A DNA stretch of 64,000 nt, taken from positions 1,632,001 through 1,696,000 of the forward strand of contig CAVXKA010000001.1 of the NCBI GenBank assembly GCA_963762255.1, given 5' to 3'. The notes under the pieces are model-generated. The model did no database searches. It was not told where the DNA came from and worked only from the letters and a program-made list of their open reading frames with translations. This document shows, piece after piece, positions 29,301 through 39,015 of this stretch. The DNA is from Candidatus Eiseniibacteriota bacterium. Lineage in GTDB: Bacteria > Eisenbacteria > RBG-16-71-46 > JABDJR01. Within the stretch, counting starts at the first letter, position 1. Every line of letters starts with the position of its first letter. The position numbers were made by a program, and so were the translations under genes.

Positions 29301-30388
29301 TGCTCTATCATCTCCTCTACCCGCTCAGCGATATTTTCTCACCACTCAACGTTTTTAGATATATCACGTTCCGGGCCGCCTACGCCACGATCACCGCGCT
29401 CCTCCTCTGCTTCATCTTCGGCCCCGCTCTGGTGCGCCGCCTGCGTCAGTTCAAAGTCCGCCAGATCATCCGCCAGGACGGCCCCGCGACCCACCTCACG
29501 AAGTCGGGAACGCCGACCATGGGCGGGCTCCTCATCGTGGCCGCCACCGTCCTGCCGACCCTGCTCTGGGCCTCGCTCCTCAACCGCTACGTTCTCCTCG
29601 CGGTGGGAGTGACGCTGGTGATGGGCGGACTCGGGTTCCTCGACGACTACCTGCACGTGGTGCGGCGCGCGCCGAAGGGGCTTCTCGGGCGCTACAAGCT
29701 GGTCGTGCAGTTCGGCGTGGGGCTCGCCGTGGGCACGATTCTCTACCTCTACCCCGTCGAACCGAGGTTCGCCACCGCCACCACGGTGCCCTTCCTCAAG
29801 ACTCCCGGGCTCTGGGATCTTGGCCTCTTCTACATCCCGTTCGTGGCCCTGGTCATCACCGCGACCTCGAACTCGGTGAACCTCACCGACGGCCTCGACG
29901 GTCTCGCCGCCGGCTTGGCCGCGCTGGCCGCCGCCGCCTTTGCCGGACTCGCCTACGTCAGCGGCAACGTGAAGATAGCCGGCTACCTCAACATTCCCTA
30001 CATCCCGGGGGGCGGCGAGCTGGCCATCTTCTGCACCGCGCTCTTCGGGGCCACCCTCGGGTTTCTATGGTTCAACAACCACCCCGCGGATGTCTTCATG
30101 GGGGACACCGGGTCGTTGGCCATCGGGGGCGCGCTCGGCACGGCGGCGGTGATGCTGAAGAAAGAGATCCTGCTCTGTCTCATCGGCGGGATCTTCGTGG
30201 TGGAGGCGCTCTCGGTCATCATCCAGGTCGCTTCGTTCAAACTCCGGCACAAGCGCGTCTTTCGAATGGCGCCGATTCACCACCACTTCGAGCTGAAGGG
30301 GTGGCCGGAGTCCCGGGTCGTGGTTCGCTTCTGGATCGTGGGCGTGCTGCTCGTGCTGTTGAGCCTGAGCACGCTGAAGCTGCAATGA
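29300..30388 (+). CDS. mraY: Phospho-N-acetylmuramoyl-pentapeptide transferase
   Basis: KSGTPTMGG, NLTDGLDGL, FMGDTGS, MAPIHHHFE. Confidence 0.97.
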   Translation: MLYHLLYPLSDIFSPLNVFRYITFRAAYATITALLLCFIFGPALVRRLRQFKVRQIIRQDGPATHLTKSGTPTMGGLLIVAATVLPTLLWASLLNRYVLLAVGVTLVMGGLGFLDDYLHVVRRAPKGLLGRYKLVVQFGVGLAVGTILYLYPVEPRFATATTVPFLKTPGLWDLGLFYIPFVALVITATSNSVNLTDGLDGLAAGLAALAAAAFAGLAYVSGNVKIAGYLNIPYIPGGGELAIFCTALFGATLGFLWFNNHPADVFMGDTGSLAIGGALGTAAVMLKKEILLCLIGGIFVVEALSVIIQVASFKLRHKRVFRMAPIHHHFELKGWPESRVVVRFWIVGVLLVLLSLSTLKLQ

Positions 30389-31809
30389 CGGTGGAAGGAG
30401 AGAGGATCGCGGTGGCGGAGAAGACGTTCCACATCGGCTCCTGGCGCGGCCGGCGCGTAGCCGTGCTCGGCATGGCGCGCAGCGGCCGGGCGGTGGCGCG
30501 GCTGTTGGCGCGCCATGAGGCGAGGGTCCGCGTGAGCGATCTCAAGAGCGCGGCGGAGCTCGGGATCGACACCGCCGCGTGGGAGCGCGACGGCGTGGAG
30601 CTGCGCCTCGGCGGATTCACCGCCGACGCGTTCGACGGCATCGAAATCGCGGTGGTCAGTCCCGGCATCCCCAAGACCGCCCCCGTCCTCGTCGAGGCGC
30701 GACGCCGGGGAATCCCGCTCCTCTCGGAACTCGACGTGGCCGCGCAATTCGCCGCCGCTCCCATCGCTGCCGTCACCGGCACCAACGGCAAGAGCACGAC
30801 GGTGACGGTACTCGGCCAGCTCGTGGGCGCGCTCGGCCTGCCGAACGCGGTGGCCGGAAACGTGGGCACGGCTCTGAGCGAGGTCGTGGAAGAGATTCCC
30901 GCCCACGGTGTCCTCGTGGTCGAAGTGAGTTCCTACCAACTCGAGGACGTGAAGACCTTTCACGCGCGCGCGGCGGCGGTCCTGAACCTCACCCCCGACC
31001 ACCTCGACCGCTACGCCTCGTTGGACGCCTACCTGCAAACCAAACTGCGCATCTTCGAGCGGCAGACCGCCGAGGATGCCGCCGTACTCCCCGCCTCTGA
31101 TCTGCGCCTCGATCCGGTGGCGCCCGCCCTCCGCGCGCGCCTTTTCCGATTCGGGGTCGGGAGCGGGGGCGGGGACGGTGTTTACGTCTCGCGCGATCGG
31201 CTGTGGCACCGGCGCGACGGCCATGAGCGCGAGATCCTGCCTCTGGCGGAGTTGTCCCTGCCGGGCCCGCACAACCACGCCAACGTGGCCGCGGCGCTCT
31301 GCCTGCTCGAGGGGATGGGTCTGGACCCGCTCGATCCGCGCGTTCTCGCCTCCCTGCGCACCCTGAAGGGGCTGGCCCATCGCATCGAGCCGGTGGGCGA
31401 GGTGGACGGCGTGGCCTTCTTCAACGACTCGAAAGCCACCAATCCGGAGTCGTTGGAAGTGGCGCTGCACTCCTTCACCGCGCCGGTGGTGCTGATCGCC
31501 GGCGGGCGGGCGAAGAAGAGCGACTACGCCCGACTCGCGCCGCTCCTGGCGGAGCGTGTGGCGGAAATCGTTCTGATCGGCGAGGCGTCGCCGCTCCTGG
31601 CGGAGGCCTGGGCGACGGCGGGGATACCGATCCACCCTGCCGGGACCGATTTCGAAGCGGCGGTGCGGTTGGCCTTGGATCTGGCGCGCGCCGGCGGCAG
31701 GCCGGTGCTGCTCTCGCCGGGGTGCGCGTCGTTCGACATGTTTCGCGACTACGAGGACCGCGGAGACCGCTTTCGCGCGCTCGTCACGCAATGGAAGGGG
31801 CGGGCATGA
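30385..31809 (+). CDS. murD: UDP-N-acetylmuramoyl-L-alanine--D-glutamate ligase
   Basis: GTNGKST, EVSSYQL, DHLDRY, NDSKATN, LSPGCASFDMF. Confidence 0.96.
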   Translation: MTVEGERIAVAEKTFHIGSWRGRRVAVLGMARSGRAVARLLARHEARVRVSDLKSAAELGIDTAAWERDGVELRLGGFTADAFDGIEIAVVSPGIPKTAPVLVEARRRGIPLLSELDVAAQFAAAPIAAVTGTNGKSTTVTVLGQLVGALGLPNAVAGNVGTALSEVVEEIPAHGVLVVEVSSYQLEDVKTFHARAAAVLNLTPDHLDRYASLDAYLQTKLRIFERQTAEDAAVLPASDLRLDPVAPALRARLFRFGVGSGGGDGVYVSRDRLWHRRDGHEREILPLAELSLPGPHNHANVAAALCLLEGMGLDPLDPRVLASLRTLKGLAHRIEPVGEVDGVAFFNDSKATNPESLEVALHSFTAPVVLIAGGRAKKSDYARLAPLLAERVAEIVLIGEASPLLAEAWATAGIPIHPAGTDFEAAVRLALDLARAGGRPVLLSPGCASFDMFRDYEDRGDRFRALVTQWKGRA

Positions 31810-33005
31810 TCGACTGGCGGGCTTCTCTGCGGCGGGCGGCGGCGACGATGCGGGTGGATCTGGCGTTCCCGGCCCGGCTTCCCGAGGAAATGACGGCCCT
31901 TCGGTGGGATCGCGGCATCTTGATCGGCACCTTCGGGCTCCTCTTCGTGGGGCTCCTCATGGTCTATTCGGCCACCTCAGCCTCCCCGTCTCGGCCGGCC
32001 GGCCATTTCCTGAGCCAGCTCCTGCGGGTGATTTTCGGAATCGTGGCCTTCGCATGGGCCTATCGGATCGACTATCATCAGTGGGGTCGGCGGGCCCCCA
32101 TGCTGTTTCTGGGGGGCCTCGTCATGCTGGCTCTGGTGTGGGTTCCCGGTCTGGGGCACTCCGCCGGCGGAGCCCGCCGCTGGATCACCATCGCGGGCGT
32201 CACTCTTCAGCCCTCAGAGTTCGCGCGATTGGGCCTGATCATTTATCTGGCCTACCTGCTGTCGAAACCGAAGGCTCGTCTGGAGCGATTCACCACCGGC
32301 ATCGCGCCCTGCCTGGTTGCGGTGGGCCTGATCGCCGGCACGGTTCTGGCGCAGCCGCATCTCAGCATGACGTTGGCGCTGGCCGCCGTGGCCGCACTGA
32401 TGCTGTTGGCGGGGCGCATTCCGATGCGACACCTCGCGGTGTCGGGCGCAGCGGTTCTCCTGGTCCTGCCGCTCAAGGTGCATGGATACCAGCTCGAGCG
32501 GTTCTGGCGATGGTTGGACTACTTGCTGCACGGAGGCCAGCGACTGACCGGCAACTATCAGTTGGATCAGTCCATCCTGGCCATCGGATCGGGCGGCTGG
32601 CACGGCCGAGGCTTCGGCGGCAGCAGGCAGAAGTGGTCGTTCCTGCCGGAGATGCACAACGACTTTATTTTCGCCATCGTGGGAGAAGAGCTTGGACTCA
32701 TTGGAGCGGTCGTTCTCATCGCGTTGTTAGGGGTGCTTCTGTGGCGGGCTCATGACGCTGCCCGCCGCGCGCCCGACCGCTTCGGATCATTGCTCGCGAC
32801 CGGCATAGGCGCCGGGATCGCGGTGTACGCCGGCATCAACATGCTTGTGGCGACGGGGCTGTTCCCCTGCACGGGGCTCCCGTTGCCGCTGGTTTCGTAT
32901 GGCGGCACGGCCGTGTTCGTCACGCTCTTCTCTCTTGGGATTCTGGGAAATATATCCTCCCAGGGCGATTCGTCGTTCCTGGTAGGCATTGGAGAACAAG
33001 AGTAG
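31806..33005 (+). CDS. ftsW: SEDS peptidoglycan polymerase FtsW
   Basis: GARRWI, QPSEF, FLPEMHNDFIFAIVGEE, LPLVSYGG. Confidence 0.95.
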   Translation: MIDWRASLRRAAATMRVDLAFPARLPEEMTALRWDRGILIGTFGLLFVGLLMVYSATSASPSRPAGHFLSQLLRVIFGIVAFAWAYRIDYHQWGRRAPMLFLGGLVMLALVWVPGLGHSAGGARRWITIAGVTLQPSEFARLGLIIYLAYLLSKPKARLERFTTGIAPCLVAVGLIAGTVLAQPHLSMTLALAAVAALMLLAGRIPMRHLAVSGAAVLLVLPLKVHGYQLERFWRWLDYLLHGGQRLTGNYQLDQSILAIGSGGWHGRGFGGSRQKWSFLPEMHNDFIFAIVGEELGLIGAVVLIALLGVLLWRAHDAARRAPDRFGSLLATGIGAGIAVYAGINMLVATGLFPCTGLPLPLVSYGGTAVFVTLFSLGILGNISSQGDSSFLVGIGEQE

Positions 33006-35399
33006 ATGAGCGACGACAGGGTTCCACCCAACAAGAACGAAGAGCCCGCCGCGGGGAGTCCCGCGGCCGGGGAGTCCAGATCTGCATCGCGCCGCCGTCG
33101 GCGCGCCCGCCGAGGCTACGAAGGTCGCCCGGAATGGGGCGATACCCAGCGACCGCCCGAGCCCTCCGCGGACATGAGCGGGGACCGCGAGGATCGTCCG
33201 CGCCCGCCCGCGCAGCCGCCGCGGTCCCTCGCGGAAGCCGATCGCGAGGCCGCGCCCCGCGAACGCGAACCGCAGCGGCCGGAGCGTGAAGAGCCCTCCT
33301 TCGAGCGCGAAGCGCCGGTCTTCGAGCGGGAGACGCGCTCGTTCGAGCGCGAAGCGCCGCGAGAGGAGCGGGAGATCCGCACCTTCGAGCGCGAGGCGCC
33401 CCGCTACGAACGTGAGGCGCGGCCAGAGGTGCCTCTCGACGCCGACGATCATGAGCGCCAGACATCCGATTTCACCGGCGAGCCGGTGCCCCGCAGCCTG
33501 GAGGGTCCCAGCGCCGAACGGCCGGAGGTAGCTCGCGACGCCGACGATCGAGAGCGCCGCCGCCGTCGTGGCCGCCGCCGCGGTCGCGGGCGCAGCGGGC
33601 AGATGGTCTTGGGGGAATCCGCCGAGGCGCCCCCGCCGATCGAGATGGCGGGCCCGGTCGATGAACTTCCGGCGCCTCCCCCGATGCCCGCCCCGCCGTT
33701 GGAGAGCAACGAACGTATCGTGATTTCCCCGCGCCCGGCGCCCCGCGGTCTCCGCGAGCGCGAAGGCAGGCGCGGTGAGGGTTCCGGCGATCGACAGCGA
33801 TCCCAGCGCGGACGCGGGGATCGCGAGGAAGGGCGGCGGCCGTCTTCCCGCGGCGAACGCGGCGATCGTCCCGACCGCGGAGAACGTCTCGACCGTGGCG
33901 ACCGTCCCGACCGCGGAGAACGCCCGGAAGTCGGCGAGCGCAGCGAGCGCCTGGAGCGGGGGCCGCGTCCCGAACGCGGCGATCGTCCCGAACGCGGCGA
34001 CCGTCTCGAGCGCGGCGATCATCCCGAACGGGGACCGTCGCGGGATGCGATGCGCGGTCGGGGCCGAGGCGAAGGGCGCCCCGAGAGCCGCAGCTCCGCC
34101 CAAGAGGGACGCGGCGGCGGCATGCGCCAGGGCGGTGGGCCGGCGCGACGCGGCATGCGCGACATACGCGAGCGTCCGCAGCCTCTCAAACCGACCGCGG
34201 AGTTGACGCTTCCTCAGCAGCCCGTCCGAGTGATGATCGCGGGCGGGGGCACCGGAGGACATGTCGTCCCCGCGCTCGCTATCGGCGAGGCCCTCAAGGC
34301 GCGCCACGCGGAGACCGAACTCCTTTTCCTCGGCAGCAATCGCGGCATCGAACAGGACGTGATCGGAGCGGCCGGGTTCCGCCTGGAGGAATTCGCCCTC
34401 CACGGCCTTCCCCGCCGGCCCACTCTGGGCTCGTTCAGAGCGGCGCTGGGCATGTTCAAGGCCTACCGCCGTATCCGCCGGCTCATCGCCGAGTTCAAGC
34501 CGGGGGTGATGGTCGGCACCGGCGGCTATGTCACCGTTCCCGCGGTGCTCGCGGCATGGCGGGCCAAGGTTCCGATCGTCTTGCAGGAGCAGAACAGCGT
34601 GCCCGGGCGGGCCAACCGATTCCTCTCGCGGTTCGCCTCCGAGGTGCACATCCACTTCGCGGAGGCTCGCCGCCATTTCAAGGACCGCGGCAAGCTGCGC
34701 CTCTCCGGCAACCCCGTGCGGATCCGCATGTCCGAGGGGGGGGCTCTGCGCACGTTGCACCGGCTGCGTCTCTATCCGGGACGAAGCACGGTGGTGTTCC
34801 TCGGCGGCTCGCAGGGCGCTCACAGTCTCAACAAGGCCTTCCTGGATTCCCTCAACCACTTCCGCGGCGATCGCGGCGTGCAGTTCGTGATCCAGACCGG
34901 CACGGAGGACTACAAGGACGTTCTCGAGGCGGTGCGCGTCTCCGGAGTGCGTGTCGTGGCGCGGCCCTTCTTCAACCACATCGAGGATATCTACGGCGTC
35001 GCTCACCTCGTGGTGGCGCGGGCAGGGGCGATGACCCTCTCCGAGATCGCGGTGTGCGGGCTGCCGTCGATTCTCGTGCCCTATCCGCACGCGATGGACG
35101 ACCACCAGACCGTCAACGCGCGCGCCCTGGCCGACAAGGGAGCGGCGGTGCTTCTCCCCGACCGCGAACTCACGGGTGAGCGGCTGGCCGCGGAGATCAA
35201 CGGACTCCTCGCCGACCGCAAGCGCATGCGCACGATGGCCCAGAACGTGTTCATCCTGAGCCGCCCCGATTCGGCGCGGCGCATAGCGGAGGCGATCGAA
35301 CGCCTCGGCGGCGGCGCCCCCCAATCGATGCTCCACCTTCCCGAGGACTACGACAGCGAGGAAGCGCGGACCCCGACCGGGGTGGGAGGGGACGCCTAG
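33006..35399 (+). CDS. murG: MurG glycosyltransferase with ~405-aa low-complexity N-terminal extension
   Basis: GGGTGGH, GTGGY, EQNSVPGRAN, GGSQGA, RAGA, DHQTVNA from about 34221; single ORF from the ATG immediately after the ftsW stop. Confidence 0.93.
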   Translation: MSDDRVPPNKNEEPAAGSPAAGESRSASRRRRRARRGYEGRPEWGDTQRPPEPSADMSGDREDRPRPPAQPPRSLAEADREAAPREREPQRPEREEPSFEREAPVFERETRSFEREAPREEREIRTFEREAPRYEREARPEVPLDADDHERQTSDFTGEPVPRSLEGPSAERPEVARDADDRERRRRRGRRRGRGRSGQMVLGESAEAPPPIEMAGPVDELPAPPPMPAPPLESNERIVISPRPAPRGLREREGRRGEGSGDRQRSQRGRGDREEGRRPSSRGERGDRPDRGERLDRGDRPDRGERPEVGERSERLERGPRPERGDRPERGDRLERGDHPERGPSRDAMRGRGRGEGRPESRSSAQEGRGGGMRQGGGPARRGMRDIRERPQPLKPTAELTLPQQPVRVMIAGGGTGGHVVPALAIGEALKARHAETELLFLGSNRGIEQDVIGAAGFRLEEFALHGLPRRPTLGSFRAALGMFKAYRRIRRLIAEFKPGVMVGTGGYVTVPAVLAAWRAKVPIVLQEQNSVPGRANRFLSRFASEVHIHFAEARRHFKDRGKLRLSGNPVRIRMSEGGALRTLHRLRLYPGRSTVVFLGGSQGAHSLNKAFLDSLNHFRGDRGVQFVIQTGTEDYKDVLEAVRVSGVRVVARPFFNHIEDIYGVAHLVVARAGAMTLSEIAVCGLPSILVPYPHAMDDHQTVNARALADKGAAVLLPDRELTGERLAAEINGLLADRKRMRTMAQNVFILSRPDSARRIAEAIERLGGGAPQSMLHLPEDYDSEEARTPTGVGGDA
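33300..33420 (+). repeat. Coding tandem repeats (FERE-AP, 21-nt units) in the MurG extension
   Basis: ttcgagcgcgaagcgccg-like units occur four times (FEREAPV FERETRS FEREAP ... FEREAP). Confidence 0.75.
33849..34040 (+). repeat. Coding tandem repeats (RG[DE]R[PL][DE], 18-nt units) in the MurG extension
   Basis: About ten imperfect cgcggcgatcgtcccgaa-like units. Confidence 0.85.
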
Positions 35400-36797
35400 G
35401 TGTACGGGAAGATCGGCCGCATCCATATGATCGGGATCGGCGGCTCCGGGATGAGCGGCATCGCCGAGGTCTTGCTCAACCTGGGCTACGAGGTGAGCGG
35501 ATCCGACCTGGCCCGCACCCCGGTCACCGACCGGCTCGTGCGGCTGGGGGCGAAGATCGCCGAAGGACACCGCGCGGAGTTGGTGCGAAACGCTTCGGTC
35601 GTGGTGGCATCCACCGCGGTGCGCGACACGAACCCCGAGGTCGCGGAAGCCCGTCGTCTGGGCATTCCGGTCATCGCGCGGGCGGAGATGCTGGCAGAAC
35701 TCATGCGGGTCAAGCACGGCATCGCGGTGGCGGGGGCCCATGGGAAGACAACCACGACCTCCATGATCGCTTCGGTGCTGGCCGGCGGCGGCATGGACCC
35801 CACCGTGGTCGTGGGGGGGCGGCTGCGCGCCATCGGCGGCAATGCCCGGCTCGGGGCGGGGGACTTCCTGGTCGCGGAGGCCGACGAGAGCGACGGTTCG
35901 TTCCTGAAGCTCAACCCGTCCATCGCGATCATCACCAACGTGGACCGCGAGCACCTGGATCATTGGAAAGGCGGATTGCCCGAGATCCAGGACGCCTTCG
36001 TGGAGTTCGCCAACAAGGTGCCGTTCTACGGCTTGATCGTGGCCTGCAAGGAAGACGCGCGGGTGCGCGAGATTCTCCCCCGGTTCACCCGGCGCATCGT
36101 GACCTATGGTGTGACAGAGGTCCTCGACTACCGGGCGGCCGACGTGCAGGCCCACGACGACTTTACGACCTCCTTCGATGTCTTCGAGCGCGGTTTCCTC
36201 CTCGGTCGGGCGCGCATCCGCGTCCCCGGCCGGCACAACGCGCTCAACGCCCTGGCGGCGGTGGCGGTGGGGCGTGAACTGGACATGAAGGCCGGCACGG
36301 TGCTCCAGGCGCTCGAGACCTTCGAGGGCGTGGGCCGGCGTTTCGAGGTGAAGGGGGAGGAAGCGGGCGTGCTGGTGGTGGACGACTACGGCCACCACCC
36401 GAGCGAGATCGTCGCCGTCCTCGGCGCGGCCAAGGAACATGGACGCCGCCGCGTGGTGGCGCTCTTCCAACCGCATCGCTACACGCGGACCCGCGATCTC
36501 CTCCCGGAGTTCGCCCGAGCCTTCGGCGATGCCGACCTCGTTTTCATCGCTCCCCTCTACGCTGCCGGCGAGGACCCGATCGAGGGAGTAAGCGCCAAGA
36601 GCGTGGCCGACGCGATCTCGGCGGCCGGCCATCCCGCCTGCCATCTCGTCTCCGATCTGGCCGAGATGGCGTCGGTGGTCCGGCCCCATCTCACGACTCG
36701 TGATGTGGTGATCACCCTTGGCGCGGGGAGCATTCACAAGGTGGGCGAGGCACTCCTTGCCGAGCTGGCCAATCTCGGTGTTGGAGCCCCGGCATGA
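35400..36797 (+). CDS. murC: UDP-N-acetylmuramate--L-alanine ligase
   Basis: GIGGSGMSGIA, GAHGKTTT, EADESDGSF, DDYGHHP, FQPHRYTR. Confidence 0.97.
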   Translation: MYGKIGRIHMIGIGGSGMSGIAEVLLNLGYEVSGSDLARTPVTDRLVRLGAKIAEGHRAELVRNASVVVASTAVRDTNPEVAEARRLGIPVIARAEMLAELMRVKHGIAVAGAHGKTTTTSMIASVLAGGGMDPTVVVGGRLRAIGGNARLGAGDFLVAEADESDGSFLKLNPSIAIITNVDREHLDHWKGGLPEIQDAFVEFANKVPFYGLIVACKEDARVREILPRFTRRIVTYGVTEVLDYRAADVQAHDDFTTSFDVFERGFLLGRARIRVPGRHNALNALAAVAVGRELDMKAGTVLQALETFEGVGRRFEVKGEEAGVLVVDDYGHHPSEIVAVLGAAKEHGRRRVVALFQPHRYTRTRDLLPEFARAFGDADLVFIAPLYAAGEDPIEGVSAKSVADAISAAGHPACHLVSDLAEMASVVRPHLTTRDVVITLGAGSIHKVGEALLAELANLGVGAPA

Positions 36798-37711
36798 TCG
36801 TCCGCGACGCTCCCTACTCGGGCTTCGGCGACCAGGACGCACGCCGCGCGCTCGCGCGGCGCCGCCGGCGTCGCCGGCTGCGCCTCGGGCTGGCCTGGGC
36901 GGTGGTGGGGCTCGTCCTCGCCGGCGCGTGCTTCGGGCTCGCGGTGGGAGGACGCTTCGGCCTCGAATATGTCCGCGCCCACACGCGCTGGCTCGAGGTG
37001 ACGCAAGTGGATGTCGACCCCACCCCCTGCGTGCCGCCGTGGGAGGTGGTGGATCTCGCCGGAATCATGCCGGGGGACGACTTCCTCGACGTGAACCCGG
37101 ACACCGTGGCGGCCCGCATCGTCCGCCACCCGCGGATCGGTACCGCCCGCGTCGACAAGAACCTGTGGCGCCGCTCGGTCCTGATCCAGATCTCGGAGAA
37201 GCTCCCGGTCGCGATCTGGCTGGAAGGAGGGCTGGTGGAGGTCGCCGCCGACGGCACGCTCTTGGGGCCGCCGCCGACCCGCGAAGACAGCCGCTCCTGG
37301 CCGCCGCGATCCGACAGCGCCCGCCTCACTCGCGGGCTCGGTCTGCCCCTCCTCACCGGGGTGGACTCGCTCCTCGCGACATGGGGAACCCTGCGCGAGC
37401 CGGCAGCCGTCCAGGCGCTCCAGTTCCTGCAGCGCATCGAGACCTACGGCCAGCCGGGTCAGGGCTGGATCAGCGAGGTCCACGCGGCCGAACCGGAGAG
37501 TCTGGTCGCCGTCACCTTGACCGGCGTCTCGGTGAAGATCGGTGACGGGCGGCTCGGTCGCCGCAGCGTGGAGGCCTTGCGCACGGTCATCGACGAGGTG
37601 CGCAGCGAGGGAAACGCGGTGCAGTATCTGGACGCCCGCTTCCGCAACCAGGTCGTACTCAAGGGCGTCGAGAGCTCCAACGGAAAAGAAGGGAAGGGTC
37701 CCGATGCGTAG
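36794..37711 (+). CDS. ftsQ: Cell division protein FtsQ/DivIB
   Basis: Basic N-terminus, single TM, POTRA-like region (HPRI...IQISEKLPVA), C-terminal YLDARF; position before ftsA. Confidence 0.85.
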   Translation: MIVRDAPYSGFGDQDARRALARRRRRRRLRLGLAWAVVGLVLAGACFGLAVGGRFGLEYVRAHTRWLEVTQVDVDPTPCVPPWEVVDLAGIMPGDDFLDVNPDTVAARIVRHPRIGTARVDKNLWRRSVLIQISEKLPVAIWLEGGLVEVAADGTLLGPPPTREDSRSWPPRSDSARLTRGLGLPLLTGVDSLLATWGTLREPAAVQALQFLQRIETYGQPGQGWISEVHAAEPESLVAVTLTGVSVKIGDGRLGRRSVEALRTVIDEVRSEGNAVQYLDARFRNQVVLKGVESSNGKEGKGPDA

Positions 37712-38921
37712 CTACGTCGGCCTCGACATCGGCACCACCAAGGTAGCCGTGGTCGTGGCGGAGCCGGACGAGCGCGGAGCGCTCAAGGTCGTGGGGGTGG
37801 GGTACGCCCCCTCGAACGGCATCCGCCGCGGCGTGGTGGTGGACATGGAGAACACCGTCCAGTCGATTCGCATCGCGGTCGCCGAGGCCGAGCGCATGGC
37901 GGGCATCCCGGTGCGGACCGTGGTGACCGGGATCGCCGGCGAACACGTGCGCTCCATCAACAGCCGGGGCGTGATCGCGGTGAGCCGGGGGGGGAGCGAG
38001 ATCGGCGCCGACGACGTCGCCCGGGTGGTCGAGGCGGCTCGCGCGGTGGCGATCCCCGGGGATCGCGAAGTCCTCCACGTCATTCCCCAGGAATACGTGG
38101 TGGACGATCAGGCCGGCATCCGCAACCCGATCGGCATGAGCGGGGTGCGCCTCGAGGCGGAGGTGCACATCGTGACCGGGGCCGCCACCAGTGCCCGGAA
38201 CGTGGAAAAGGCCGTCCAGAGGGCCGGATTGCGCACCGGCCCCCTCGTCCTCGAGCCCCTGGCGTCGGCCTACGCCGTGCTCGCGCCGGACGAGAAGGAG
38301 CTGGGGTGCCTGCTCATCGACCTCGGAGGGGGGACCAGCGATATGGCCCTCTTCTACGACGGAGCGGTTCGGCACACCGCGGTGATCGGGCTCGGCGGGA
38401 ACAACGTCACCCACGACCTCGCCATCGGGCTGCGCACTCCCACCGAGTCGGCGGAGGAACTCAAGATCCGCCACGGGTGCGCGACCGCCGCGCGGCTCTC
38501 GCCGGAGGAGACGGTCGAGGTGCCGGGGGTCGGAGGGCGTGAGCCCCGACCCATCGCACGACAACTTTTAGCCTCGATGATCGAGCCACGTATGGAAGAG
38601 ATCTTCACGATGGTTTATCGTGAGGCGAAGAAGAGCATCTTCACGGACCTGCTCGCCGGCGGCGTCGTTCTCACCGGAGGCGGCGCGTCGATGAACGGGG
38701 TCGAGGAGTTGGCGGAGCGCATCTTCGAGATGCCGGTTCGGCGCGGCGTGCCGCGCGGGATCACCGGTGCTCGCGAAGCGGTGGAGGATCCGCGCTACGC
38801 CACGGCGGTTGGGTTGCTGCTCTACGCGCGCGAGAAGGAAGGGGGCGAGGCGTTCGAGGAGTCTCGTCTTCTGCAGCGGATCTCGGCGCCGGTGCGGCGA
38901 TGGCTCGGCGAGTTCTTCTAG
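37704..38921 (+). CDS. ftsA: Cell division protein FtsA
   Basis: GLDIGTTK, IDLGGGTSD, GVVLTGGG, C-terminal amphipathic WLGEFF. Confidence 0.97.
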   Translation: MRSYVGLDIGTTKVAVVVAEPDERGALKVVGVGYAPSNGIRRGVVVDMENTVQSIRIAVAEAERMAGIPVRTVVTGIAGEHVRSINSRGVIAVSRGGSEIGADDVARVVEAARAVAIPGDREVLHVIPQEYVVDDQAGIRNPIGMSGVRLEAEVHIVTGAATSARNVEKAVQRAGLRTGPLVLEPLASAYAVLAPDEKELGCLLIDLGGGTSDMALFYDGAVRHTAVIGLGGNNVTHDLAIGLRTPTESAEELKIRHGCATAARLSPEETVEVPGVGGREPRPIARQLLASMIEPRMEEIFTMVYREAKKSIFTDLLAGGVVLTGGGASMNGVEELAERIFEMPVRRGVPRGITGAREAVEDPRYATAVGLLLYAREKEGGEAFEESRLLQRISAPVRRWLGEFF

Positions 38922-39015
38922 AGGGAGGCAGGTGATGGCCTCCGCGGGCCGGTGATGGCCCCTGGTGAGCTCTTGGCAGAACGGATTGCGAAGGAACAGC
39001 GGGAAGGAGGGTCCC

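Noticed and set aside
33849-34040. Tandem repeats as a CRISPR array
   Set aside because: In-frame 18-nt coding repeats without unique spacers and no cas genes.
32787-36842. 1351-aa ORF on the minus strand (and similar long antisense ORFs such as 38761-41607, 26528-28672, 60983-63334)
   Set aside because: Shadow ORFs opposite well-supported genes, expected from high-GC codon bias; no recognisable motifs.
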